A model generated the notes under the pieces. That model had not been told where the DNA came from. It saw nothing but the letters and a program-made list of their open reading frames with translations, and did no database searches. 64,000 nucleotides of DNA. Origin: an uncultured Gammaproteobacteria bacterium. GTDB lineage: Bacteria > Patescibacteriota > Patescibacteriia > Magasanikbacterales > UBA922. Within the stretch, counting starts at the first letter, position 1. Every line of letters begins with the position of its first letter. Location: NCBI GenBank assembly GCA_964612105.1, contig CAZTEU010000002.1:19697-83696 (forward strand), in the 5' to 3' direction. A program made the translations under genes and the position numbers. Below, one piece after another: positions 39,114 through 48,235 of this stretch.

Positions 39114-40400
39114 TTAATAACCAGTGGATGAGCTGTGCACAAAACGGGGATAATGTCTGGTAACAGTAGAAGTAAACACAACCAAAAGCATAAGCCCTAC
39201 ATATGAGGATAACAAGTAGTGGTCAAAAAGGGCTAAAATAAGCAATATTCCAAAAAATATCCACGGAACATCCATTGCTGTCCTCATTCTTACTAAAATA
39301 TGTATAAGTAGTAATACTCCTACAATCCCAAACTCTGCTATAAATAGCAGTACTGCATTATGCACCGGCTGATAACCCCAACCAGGTAAGTCTGGAGTTC
39401 TTTCTTTTAGGGCAAGTGTATAGTTCCCTGCCCCAACCCCAAGTATTGGATTTTTAATAATTATTTCTTTTGCAACTTCATACTGACTAGCCCTCTCTGT
39501 TAACGATCGTGTTTCATGTACAGTATCTGCTTGCATCCTAATAGCAAATAATGGTGCAGAAACAGCAACGAATATTCCGGTAAATAATATTGTAAAAGTA
39601 ATAATACGTTTAGCAACTTTTTTTCTCTTAAGCATAACTGCCAAAACAACAATAAAAAAAGTACCAGATAACATTGCAGATCTACTAAAAGAATATATTA
39701 ATCCTGCAAGGATAATGATATATACAAAATGAGAAATTATATAATTAATTTTTTGCTTCTTCTGGAACAATAACAAAAACAAAAAAAATAAAGCAACAAC
39801 CATAAAACCTCCAAATATATTTGGGTGAGGAAAAGAACCATACGCACGCAACAATCTACCAATTTCGTCATTAGCAACAACAGATGTTCCAGATTGCCAC
39901 GCAGGGTGTTTTGTTATTCCTAGTATGGTAGAAGAAAAAGTAGACTGTGTAATAAATTGCCAAAGCCCAAATATGCTTTGTACTAGTGCACCGCCAACAA
40001 AAAACTGCATTACGTTAATGGAAGAAAGTGGACCAAGCAATATAACTAAAAACAAAAGACAGGCTTCAACAAATCTTAGAGCTGACTGCTGAGCAACAGA
40101 TGAATCTACTGACCATAAAGAAGAAAGGACAGCGTACACGCAAAACAAACTAAGAGCACCTATAAACTTCCTATCATTTGTCCAAGAAAATATTATCTTT
40201 CCTCTCTTTTTAACTTTCTGGAAATAAGATATGAAAAATAATATGATTACTACCCATAACAATAGTTCGGTGGCATAAAACCCAAGGGTTGCGTATTCAA
40301 ATTTCTCACCCAGTAAAAATACTTCCTTATAAATCCATATTGTTTGCCAAGGTAAGAGGAAAAGAAAAAGACCAAGAGTTATTTTTATTGCTTTATTCAT
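39114..40400 (-). CDS. O-antigen ligase/polymerase-like (Wzy_C family) polytopic membrane protein
   Basis: About 10 TM helices; large periplasmic loop; YSFSRSAMLSG motif region. Start moved to the internal MNKAIKITLGLF to remove a 62-nt overlap. Confidence 0.45.
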   Translation of the reverse strand: MNKAIKITLGLFLFLLPWQTIWIYKEVFLLGEKFEYATLGFYATELLLWVVIILFFISYFQKVKKRGKIIFSWTNDRKFIGALSLFCVYAVLSSLWSVDSSVAQQSALRFVEACLLFLVILLGPLSSINVMQFFVGGALVQSIFGLWQFITQSTFSSTILGITKHPAWQSGTSVVANDEIGRLLRAYGSFPHPNIFGGFMVVALFFLFLLLFQKKQKINYIISHFVYIIILAGLIYSFSRSAMLSGTFFIVVLAVMLKRKKVAKRIITFTILFTGIFVAVSAPLFAIRMQADTVHETRSLTERASQYEVAKEIIIKNPILGVGAGNYTLALKERTPDLPGWGYQPVHNAVLLFIAEFGIVGVLLLIHILVRMRTAMDVPWIFFGILLILALFDHYLLSSYVGLMLLVVFTSTVTRHYPRFVHSSSTGY

Positions 40401-41295
40401 AGATACTTTGTATTTTCTCTCTCCATTGCTCCCTAAAAAATTCTCTCCTATCATTTTCGTGAAATTTTAACATGGTATCACTTATAATTATATCTTTCTT
40501 TGTCGATTCCATATCTATATTTTTTTGTTTTAGTTTTTTCATTTGTATTTCTTTCAATTTTATTTCCAAACTATCCCCCAAACTTCCACCCCAAAGCCAT
40601 TCGCAAAAAACACGCTTTAGGTTTGTAATTATATTATCATGTACAGACCAAAGATGTAATGGTTTATATCCATTTTGTGTGTTTGGTAAATACTTTTTTA
40701 TCCAACTATTATTCTTTCTTACTTTTTCCAAATAATTATCTGAATCGTATACAGGGATTAGTTGCTCTATCCAATAAGTAAGATATATGTCTGGCTGCTC
40801 TATTGCTATTTTAGATAAATCCAAATTATCGTCTGTGACATAAAAACTAAGACAAATCTTATTTCTGCTTTGTTTTTTTGTAATTCTTAAATTAAATAAA
40901 TGAAAAAACAAAATGATTAAAAAACGAGCGAACCAAATCCGCCCTTTTTTTATAATTATAAACGTATCTATATCACTCTCTTTTTTTGTTGATACATTAA
41001 ACTGATTACAAACAAAAAAAGCACGAACAAACGGAATAAAGCGAATTATGCGTCCACCACGTACCGCAACACGCATCTTCTTTCTCAAGTCTGGAGCTAG
41101 CCTCTGGCGTTCATCTATAATACCTTCCCGTCCAGATAAAAAATAATAACTGTCTTTTTTTTCTATAATCCCTTCTTTGTAATTACGCACACAATCATTG
41201 TCTCCCACCCATTGCCAACTAAACAACTCCTCTCTTGTAAGAGGATAATCAAAGATATCAAAGTAGGCTAAAGTTTTTATCACAGAATCTTTCAT
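40393..41295 (-). CDS. hypothetical protein
   Basis: 300-aa ORF MKDSVIKTLAYFDIFDYPLTREELFSW... with no motif recognised; 8-nt overlap with the downstream gene suggests co-transcription. Confidence 0.4.
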   Translation of the reverse strand: MKDSVIKTLAYFDIFDYPLTREELFSWQWVGDNDCVRNYKEGIIEKKDSYYFLSGREGIIDERQRLAPDLRKKMRVAVRGGRIIRFIPFVRAFFVCNQFNVSTKKESDIDTFIIIKKGRIWFARFLIILFFHLFNLRITKKQSRNKICLSFYVTDDNLDLSKIAIEQPDIYLTYWIEQLIPVYDSDNYLEKVRKNNSWIKKYLPNTQNGYKPLHLWSVHDNIITNLKRVFCEWLWGGSLGDSLEIKLKEIQMKKLKQKNIDMESTKKDIIISDTMLKFHENDRREFFREQWREKIQSIYE

Positions 41296-41371
41296 ATAAA
41301 ATGTAGTGTAGCATATTTTAAAATATAAAAAACCCCGTTTTAAGGGGTCTTTAGTTTAGTATATATCTTAA

Positions 41372-42124
41372 CTATTCCACCAACTTCCCTTCCACTGCTC
41401 CCGGAGGCATCTTATCCTTATCTTTCCCCCTAAACATAACTACCTGCTGAAGTGCTGTTAACAGTGTAGACAAGAACCAGTACAGCGCAAGTCCACCTGG
41501 AAAACTTAGACCAATAAACACTGTCATGATTGGCATAAAGTAGAGCATCTGTTTATTCATCATGCTCATCATATTTTCGTCCTTACCGCCTTCTCCTGCT
41601 TCTTTTGGTGCACGCTTACTTTGCATCATTTGTGCTTGCCAGTACTGTGTTGCACCTGCTAATACAGCAAGAATAACGCTTCTCTTGCTCAGATCTATAA
41701 TTCCTAAAGAAATAGGATTTATCTCTCCCGGACTTGGAACAAAATTATACAGCATGGCGAAATTACTACCTGTAAGTCCGTCGCGAAGCACCCAATAAAG
41801 CGCGAGAAATATAGGAAGTTGTACCAACAAAGGCAGGCAAGAGCCAAGTGGGTTTACTTTGTGCTCTTTGTACAGACTCATCGTTTCCTTTGCCATCGCT
41901 TGCTGATCATCTTTGTATTTTTTCTTCAATTCTTCCAACTTTGGTTGTAGCTCTGACAAAGATTTCTGTGCAGAAATTGACTTCTTTGTCATTGGGAAAA
42001 GTGCCAATTTGATTAGGATGGTAAGAATTAAAATTACAACACCAACATCCGGCAAGACATTATACATGCCGACAAAAAGGTTGAATATTGGTTGGTATAG
42101 GATGAGTTCAAAGAGTGCTTTCAT
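41372..42124 (-). CDS. yidC: membrane protein insertase YidC (short form)
   Basis: 250 aa. N-terminus LILYQPIFNLFVGMYNVLPDVGVVILILTILIKLALFPMTKKS. The amphipathic KLEELKKKY helix and five TM segments fit the YidC/Oxa1 core. Confidence 0.8.
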   Translation of the reverse strand: MKALFELILYQPIFNLFVGMYNVLPDVGVVILILTILIKLALFPMTKKSISAQKSLSELQPKLEELKKKYKDDQQAMAKETMSLYKEHKVNPLGSCLPLLVQLPIFLALYWVLRDGLTGSNFAMLYNFVPSPGEINPISLGIIDLSKRSVILAVLAGATQYWQAQMMQSKRAPKEAGEGGKDENMMSMMNKQMLYFMPIMTVFIGLSFPGGLALYWFLSTLLTALQQVVMFRGKDKDKMPPGAVEGKLVE

Positions 42125-42199
42125 AGTGAGAAGGAGTATATCATGAAATAATTAGGATTTCAATCAGACAAAACCCCACATTAAGCGGGGTATTGTATG

Positions 42200-43591
42200 T
42201 TATTCTTTTTCTTCTGTTGTTTCTTCTTCTTTTTCTTCCTTCTCATTCTTATCCTCTTCTGCATTTTCTTCTATAACCTCTTCTTTATCTTCCTCTACCT
42301 TTTCACTTTTCTCCAATTCTTCTTCACTACCTTCTAAACCTTCTAATAGTTCGTCTGCTTTATCACTCATATTCTTACTCTTATCTTCTCCTTTTTCTTT
42401 TTCAACAATATCCTCATCTGAGTCATCGCTACTTATTGTTTTCTCATTTCCGCCTTCTTGTACCACATCTATTTTCCAATCTGTAAGATTTGCAGCTAAG
42501 CGTACGTTTTGACCATTACGACCAATAGCAAGTGAGAACTGGTCTTCTGCTACATATGCTTTTGCTTCTTTTGATTCTTCATCTAATTCTACACGATCTA
42601 CTTTTGCTGGAGAGAGTGCGTTTTTAATAAACTCTTCCCCATCATCGCTGTACATAATTACATCTATCTTTTCACCACCAAGCTCATTTATTATTGTTGT
42701 AATACGACTTCCGCGCTGACCAATACAAGCGCCGATTGGATCTATGCTTTCATCATCTGTTGCCACAGCAACTTTTGAACGAAAACCTGGATCACGAGCG
42801 ATTGATTTTATTTGTACTGATTCTGAAGCAACCTCTGGAATCTCTTGTTCGAAGACGGCTTCTACCATCTTGTTACTTGAACGAGATAGTATAATCTCTG
42901 GACCTCTCTTGCCCATTCCGACAGATACAATATAAAATTGCATACGAGAACCTGGGCGTAAAAACTCACCGTGTACTTGCTCCTCTGGAGGAAGAACACC
43001 ATTTATTTTTCCAAGATCTACAAGAGTGTTTCCAGAACGATCACGTCTGTGAATTGTTCCTTGTACAACTCCGCCTTCCTGATCCTGAAAGTCCTCAAAT
43101 ACTGAGTTACGTTCTGCTTCGCGTACTTTTTGTATAATAACTTGTTTAGCTGTTTGTGCAGCCATACGACCAAAGTCTCCAGGAACATCTAAATCTATTT
43201 TTAATACTTCTTCAAGTTTTGCTGTCTTCTTTATTTCCTTTGCCTCTGTAATCATTATTTCTGTTTTTGGATTAAAGTGTGCCAAATCTTCAACATCTTC
43301 TTCTGTGAGCTCACGCTCTTCTATTCTTGCTTTCTCACGACGGTCTGCAAGCTCTTCCTGAGCTTTTTCTAGGACTTCTTCTTCTATGTCTTCTACTACA
43401 GTTTTCTCATCCCACACCTTCATATCTCCTGTTTCTGGGTCAAACTTAACCTGCACGTTCTGTTGACGTGTTCCAAAATCCTTTCTGTAAGCAGCTGCAA
43501 GAGCTACTTCTAGCGCTTCCATTACTACATCGTAATCCAGACCTTTTTCGTCTGATAGGAAGCGGATTGCTTTTGTAATTTCTGATGCCAT
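42200..43591 (-). CDS. nusA: transcription termination/antitermination factor NusA with acidic C-terminal tail
   Basis: Start taken at MASEITKAIRFLSDEKGLDYDVVMEALE; S1 and KH-like regions; about 90-aa E/K/D-rich tail. Confidence 0.8.
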   Translation of the reverse strand: MASEITKAIRFLSDEKGLDYDVVMEALEVALAAAYRKDFGTRQQNVQVKFDPETGDMKVWDEKTVVEDIEEEVLEKAQEELADRREKARIEERELTEEDVEDLAHFNPKTEIMITEAKEIKKTAKLEEVLKIDLDVPGDFGRMAAQTAKQVIIQKVREAERNSVFEDFQDQEGGVVQGTIHRRDRSGNTLVDLGKINGVLPPEEQVHGEFLRPGSRMQFYIVSVGMGKRGPEIILSRSSNKMVEAVFEQEIPEVASESVQIKSIARDPGFRSKVAVATDDESIDPIGACIGQRGSRITTIINELGGEKIDVIMYSDDGEEFIKNALSPAKVDRVELDEESKEAKAYVAEDQFSLAIGRNGQNVRLAANLTDWKIDVVQEGGNEKTISSDDSDEDIVEKEKGEDKSKNMSDKADELLEGLEGSEEELEKSEKVEEDKEEVIEENAEEDKNEKEEKEEETTEEKE

Positions 43592-43733
43592 ATACAATTA
43601 TTTTATTTGTAGTGAATATATTTAATTATGGTATAAAAAAACCAGCTTTTTATAAGCTAGATTAACAGAGAGAGTATAACATACTTGTGTTATTATGTCA
43701 AGCTATGTAATAGGATACTGACTAATACTGGTG

Positions 43734-44291
43734 CTATTTATTCTTATAAAAAACCAGTCCACTGTGGTATTGACCCACTGGAAATTCTTCTTGCACGACA
43801 AAGCCATTATCCCTACCCCACTTCTTTATATCTTCGAAGTTTATAAACCTATCGTCTGACGGACCAAACCTTAACCCCTTCTTTACCCAGTCCACAATAA
43901 TTAATCTTGCCTTGTCTTTCAATAGGCGGTGGATTTCTTTTAGCATAGCATTAGGATCTTTAGCCTGCACCATTGTGTTAACCAAGAAAGCTACATCTAA
44001 ACTTTTTGCAGGAATTGCTGTCTTACCATCTAACTCAATATCTGACCATATAGTCTGCACATTCATCATTTTATTAAGCTCTGCTCTCTTATGAATTGCC
44101 TGTATTGCGCTTTTCATAATATCTACACCATACATGATCCCATGCTCACCTATTATCTTTGCAGCTGGAAAAACAATATGACCTGTGCTCCCACAACCAA
44201 AATCTGCTGCATGCATTCCTGGTTGCAGATGTGCTTTTTCGAAAAGTAGATACGGATCCAGCATCTGGTTTCCGTTGTGAGCATGTTCCAT
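43734..44291 (-). CDS. class I SAM-dependent methyltransferase
   Basis: Motif I AADFGCGSTGH; start moved to the internal MEHAHNG to avoid a 50-nt overlap. Confidence 0.6.
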   Translation of the reverse strand: MEHAHNGNQMLDPYLLFEKAHLQPGMHAADFGCGSTGHIVFPAAKIIGEHGIMYGVDIMKSAIQAIHKRAELNKMMNVQTIWSDIELDGKTAIPAKSLDVAFLVNTMVQAKDPNAMLKEIHRLLKDKARLIIVDWVKKGLRFGPSDDRFINFEDIKKWGRDNGFVVQEEFPVGQYHSGLVFYKNK

Positions 44292-44292
44292 A

Positions 44293-44577
44293 TTATTGTG
44301 ATGGTGCAACGAACAGTCTTCCAAATATTCCCAATACAACATTACCTAACATTCCTGTCATTGCTAACATTGCTATTATAATGAATAAGATACCTATCAA
44401 TTTATATAACGTGCGCGTCCCTCCGCTTCCAGAAAGATTAGCTTCTGCCCACGAACTCCTACCAAAGGCAGACAAGAGCCACTCTGTCTTAATCACCATT
44501 AACGCTCCTACAGCGACACCAATTAATCCTAAAAATATGTTCATATAATGTATATTATACGCTAAAACGAGTATCAA
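44293..44577 (-). CDS. hypothetical small membrane protein
   Basis: 94 aa (or 83 aa from the internal Met) with 2-3 TM helices. Confidence 0.35.
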   Translation of the reverse strand: MILVLAYNIHYMNIFLGLIGVAVGALMVIKTEWLLSAFGRSSWAEANLSGSGGTRTLYKLIGILFIIIAMLAMTGMLGNVVLGIFGRLFVAPSQ

Positions 44578-44593
44578 AAAAAGTACAAGCTGT

Positions 44594-44848
44594 TTATTCT
44601 TGCACTTTTGTTAGTAACTCTCCATTTTCATGAAGCTTGACCAAGTCACTAGAACCACCTATAAACTCATCTCCTATGTATATCATAGGTACAGTTCTTT
44701 GTCCTGTCTCCTCAGCAAGTTTGTCTCTGAGCTCCATATTGCTTGAGAGATCTGTTTCTTCAAAAGGTATGTCTAGAGAATTGAGCAGGTCTTTTGCTTT
44801 ATGGCAGTAAGGACAAATTGGAGTTGTGTAGATTTTTATTTCTTTCAT
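44594..44848 (-). CDS. glutaredoxin-like protein (NrdH/Grx, CPYC active site)
   Basis: Start at MKEIKIYTTPICPYCHKAKDLL, the usual distance before the C-P-Y-C motif; about 84 aa. Confidence 0.75.
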   Translation of the reverse strand: MKEIKIYTTPICPYCHKAKDLLNSLDIPFEETDLSSNMELRDKLAEETGQRTVPMIYIGDEFIGGSSDLVKLHENGELLTKVQE

Positions 44849-44859
44849 AGAAAAATATA

Positions 44860-45621
44860 TTATGCTCTTATCTTCCACCCTATACTAAATAAATACCATG
44901 TTAACGTTCCAAGCACAGCAATACAACCAAAAATCACAATCATACCAACAACAAAACTTCCTTCTTGTATTCCAACCATAGAATAGCGAAGTCCATCTAC
45001 AAAGTAGAAGAAGGGATTAAGTTTTACGAAGACCTGTGCTTTCTCTGGAAGCATTGTAATTGAGTTGAAAACACCACCAAGAAAAGTAAGGGGTACAATT
45101 ATAAATGTGTTTAATATAGCCAACTGTTCAAAACCTTCAGCCCAAAGTCCCACTAGTAGTCCCACGAGAGAAAATATAATAGCCACAGCAATACTATAAA
45201 ACAGGAACAAACCCAAATGAGCCATGCTGGAAGCGCTAAATATAATGGCTATTGCATATACACCAAATCCTACAATTAGACCACGTACAACTCCTCCTAC
45301 AATATACCCTACAACTATCTCAATATGAGAAAGTGGTGCTGTTAGTATTTCTTCAATATGGCGCGCAAATCTGGAAAAATAAAGAGATGAGGATGTTTGA
45401 GAGTAGCTAGAAGAAATTAGATTTAACATCAATATCCCAGGAAGCACAAAATCTATATAACGAACTCCTGCAATTAGGTCTATCCTTGAGCCGACAATAT
45501 ATCCAAATATAAGAATGTAAAGCAGGGCATTTATCCATGGACTAATTAAAGTTTGTATTGCCACACGGAAAAATCTCTGTACCTCTTTGTGGATGTGGGT
45601 TGTAAGTCCAATTACATTCAT
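44860..45621 (-). CDS. ABC-2 type transporter permease
   Basis: 253 aa, 6 TM helices, ABC-2 family pattern; 4-nt overlap with the upstream ATPase gene. Confidence 0.7.
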   Translation of the reverse strand: MNVIGLTTHIHKEVQRFFRVAIQTLISPWINALLYILIFGYIVGSRIDLIAGVRYIDFVLPGILMLNLISSSYSQTSSSLYFSRFARHIEEILTAPLSHIEIVVGYIVGGVVRGLIVGFGVYAIAIIFSASSMAHLGLFLFYSIAVAIIFSLVGLLVGLWAEGFEQLAILNTFIIVPLTFLGGVFNSITMLPEKAQVFVKLNPFFYFVDGLRYSMVGIQEGSFVVGMIVIFGCIAVLGTLTWYLFSIGWKIRA

Positions 45622-46343
45622 ATTATTTTTTTTCCTGTAATTTCTAAATATCTTTTTTCTAAAGTTTTACCCCCTTGGGTAAACTCTTCTTTCTTGCCAA
45701 TAGCAACAATTTCTCCGTTGTTTATTATTGCAATCCTATCACAAAGATACTCCACTTCTTCCAAATAATGAGAGGTAAATAATATTGTTTTCCCTTCTTC
45801 ATTTATTTTTTTGAGATATTTCCACAATTCATGACGTAATTCTACATCCACACCTGCGGTTGGTTCATCCAAAATTAACAATTCTGGATTGTGCATTATA
45901 GAGCGAGCAAGCATTAGACGGCGTTTTAACCCTCCAGAGAGTGCCCGAAAAACCTTATCCTTATGCTCTTCCAATTCCATTATTTTTAACACCTCTTTTA
46001 TCCTCTTTGTACGAGATGATCGTGACATACCAAAGAAACCACCGCTAAACCATAATATTTTTTCTACTTTTGCAAATATGTCTACATTAAACTCTTGGGG
46101 AGATATTCCAATCTTTTGTCTCACTTCACGATAATTTTTCTGGGCATCTAGCCCAAAGACTTTTATATTCCCCTCATTAAACTTGCCCACACCTGTAATA
46201 CAACTAATCGTAGAAGTCTTGCCGGCTCCATTTGGACCAAGAAATCCAAAAAATTCGCCTTTCTTTACTGTAAGGGAAATATTATCCACGGCTAGGGTGC
46301 TACCATAGCGTTTCGTAAAGTTTTTAATCTCAAGTGCGTTCAT
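45618..46343 (-). CDS. ABC transporter ATP-binding protein
   Basis: Walker A GPNGAGKTST, signature LSGGLKRRL, Walker B LILDEPT. Confidence 0.9.
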   Translation of the reverse strand: MNALEIKNFTKRYGSTLAVDNISLTVKKGEFFGFLGPNGAGKTSTISCITGVGKFNEGNIKVFGLDAQKNYREVRQKIGISPQEFNVDIFAKVEKILWFSGGFFGMSRSSRTKRIKEVLKIMELEEHKDKVFRALSGGLKRRLMLARSIMHNPELLILDEPTAGVDVELRHELWKYLKKINEEGKTILFTSHYLEEVEYLCDRIAIINNGEIVAIGKKEEFTQGGKTLEKRYLEITGKKII

Positions 46344-46345
46344 GC

Positions 46346-46744
46346 TTATAGGAAGAACATTGTAGCAAACAGCGCAAGAAACTCAATAGCAGACAAGACA
46401 CACCATGTGCAGAAAGCTTTTAGTACAAAGCCCTGTATTCCAAGAAAATAAAAAGAGAATAGAAAACCAAAAGTTATTATTGCATAGAGTGGCCAGACAG
46501 GTATAAGTCCGTAGAAAAATAGTATAGCTAAAACAAGCAATGCAACGTACATTCCAAGACCTGCAAACGCGTTTGGAATACCAAATGTCTTAGAATACTT
46601 GCTCTTCTGCACAGTACGACACCATTCTGGTGGGAAGAATAAGCAAAGAACTGGTTTTTGTTTTAACTTGCAGTAAGTTAAATAAGAGGTGTTTCCTATC
46701 CCAATAATAGATAAAACAATTATTATTATAAGCGCTGTGCTCAT
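46346..46744 (-). CDS. VKOR-like (vitamin K epoxide reductase family) small membrane thiol oxidoreductase
   Basis: 132 aa, 4 TM helices; loop Cys pair (CLFFPPEWC) and TM4 CxxC (CTWC). Confidence 0.5.
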   Translation of the reverse strand: MSTALIIIIVLSIIGIGNTSYLTYCKLKQKPVLCLFFPPEWCRTVQKSKYSKTFGIPNAFAGLGMYVALLVLAILFFYGLIPVWPLYAIITFGFLFSFYFLGIQGFVLKAFCTWCVLSAIEFLALFATMFFL

Positions 46745-46754
46745 ATTTTAATGA

Positions 46755-47516
46755 TTAAGAATTAATAAATTTATATATTCTACGAAATATTCTCCAACTA
46801 AAGATAGACCTAACACCCAAATGACCTCCTTTTTTCATCATAATAAGCTTACACCCTACATCTCTTGCGAATTCCTCTACTGGCTCTGGAGGGGCTATTG
46901 TATCATCTTTTGCATGCATTATCATTACTTTACTTCCATCTATATTTTCCTTTTGTCCTGCTGGGTTATAAAAAGTCCCATCACTGAGTTTCTTCCAATT
47001 AGAATCATCAAATCTATATCCTTGTCCAAATGCTTTTTTTACTGTATCACCAAGCCAGTCCAACGGCTCATCTTCGCCTTCTACTCTCCAATCTACAGCG
47101 GGAGAAATGCAGACAACTTTTTTTACTCTTTTGTCCTTGGACAATAGCATAGCAGCAGGTCCTCCAAAGCTAGAGCCTATTACCACTATCTCTGGGTTAT
47201 TAATATTATGTTCCTCACCATCCCACAAACTAACAAATGATCTTTGTATGCCGTCTATTACATCTAAAATATCCTTAGTTGGTTCTTCTTGTAAAAATTG
47301 ACCACCACTTTCCCATGTTCCGCGATATCTAGGAAAAAAAGACCAGTAACCTTTTTTTGATGCCAATAAATGAGCCCTCTTATTTCCTGGCAAAGTTGGC
47401 ATTCCACCACAAAAAATAATTACCTTATTAGATTGTTTTTTTGGGGGAAGAAACTCGCAGACAATATCTTCTGCAAATCTTGTTCTTAACAAATGCATAC
47501 CATTTGATAATAACAC
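46755..47516 (-). CDS. alpha/beta hydrolase (dienelactone hydrolase/esterase-like)
   Basis: GxSxG nucleophile elbow VVIGSSFGG; catalytic Asp/His context HAKDDTIAPP. Confidence 0.55.
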   Translation of the reverse strand: MLLSNGMHLLRTRFAEDIVCEFLPPKKQSNKVIIFCGGMPTLPGNKRAHLLASKKGYWSFFPRYRGTWESGGQFLQEEPTKDILDVIDGIQRSFVSLWDGEEHNINNPEIVVIGSSFGGPAAMLLSKDKRVKKVVCISPAVDWRVEGEDEPLDWLGDTVKKAFGQGYRFDDSNWKKLSDGTFYNPAGQKENIDGSKVMIMHAKDDTIAPPEPVEEFARDVGCKLIMMKKGGHLGVRSIFSWRIFRRIYKFINS

Positions 47517-47560
47517 AACATCGCCAAAAAGGCGATGTTTATGATTTCACTTATTTAGAA

Positions 47561-47815
47561 TTATTCTGGCAACTTGTTATATAGCCAAGCAATTAAGGCG
47601 CCTCCTACTAGTCCGTCGAAGAAACCTAAAACCACCCCCGCTAGCAATCCGCTCCAACTCATCCCATATCCTGGATACCACTCCATAATAAGTGATGTTG
47701 TGTTTGGCCACCATCCATAAAGCCAAGTACCAACAGTCATTACAAGCATGCACAGAGCAGATAATATACCAAGTGAGAGAGATAATTTTTTTACACTAAG
47801 TTTGTGTTTTCCCAT
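47561..47815 (-). CDS. hypothetical small membrane protein
   Basis: 84 aa, 2 TM helices, Trp-rich. Confidence 0.35.
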   Translation of the reverse strand: MGKHKLSVKKLSLSLGILSALCMLVMTVGTWLYGWWPNTTSLIMEWYPGYGMSWSGLLAGVVLGFFDGLVGGALIAWLYNKLPE

Positions 47816-47824
47816 ATATTTATA

Positions 47825-48211
47825 TTACATCCAAAATCCAACGTATGTAAGGTATAGTCCTACAACTAAGGAAAATACCAGAGCAGCATTCCTCCATCCA
47901 CTACCCTTTGACATCTTGTCTGACCAATTAAGAACTTGTTTTGGCCAAAGTAGTATTGCTACCCATTTAAGTAGCACAACCCAACCAATGAATGTTATTA
48001 GACCTTGATAGGTCCACTCCCAAACATTGTGCGTATTCACAATAAGCATACCTAGAACTATAGCTAGCAGTCCCATAAACATCTTGCTGAGACCTGACTG
48101 TTTTAGTTCTGCCATGAGCTTATTGTACATCTCCTTGTTGAACAAAAGACTCAAACCCATCACTAGGTAAACAACACCTATAATACGGGCGAGCAGTATG
48201 GATGTTTCCAT
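47825..48211 (-). CDS. hypothetical membrane protein
   Basis: 128 aa, 4 TM helices. Confidence 0.4.
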   Translation of the reverse strand: METSILLARIIGVVYLVMGLSLLFNKEMYNKLMAELKQSGLSKMFMGLLAIVLGMLIVNTHNVWEWTYQGLITFIGWVVLLKWVAILLWPKQVLNWSDKMSKGSGWRNAALVFSLVVGLYLTYVGFWM

Positions 48212-48235
48212 ATTAATTTGTTAAGAATTAATTAT

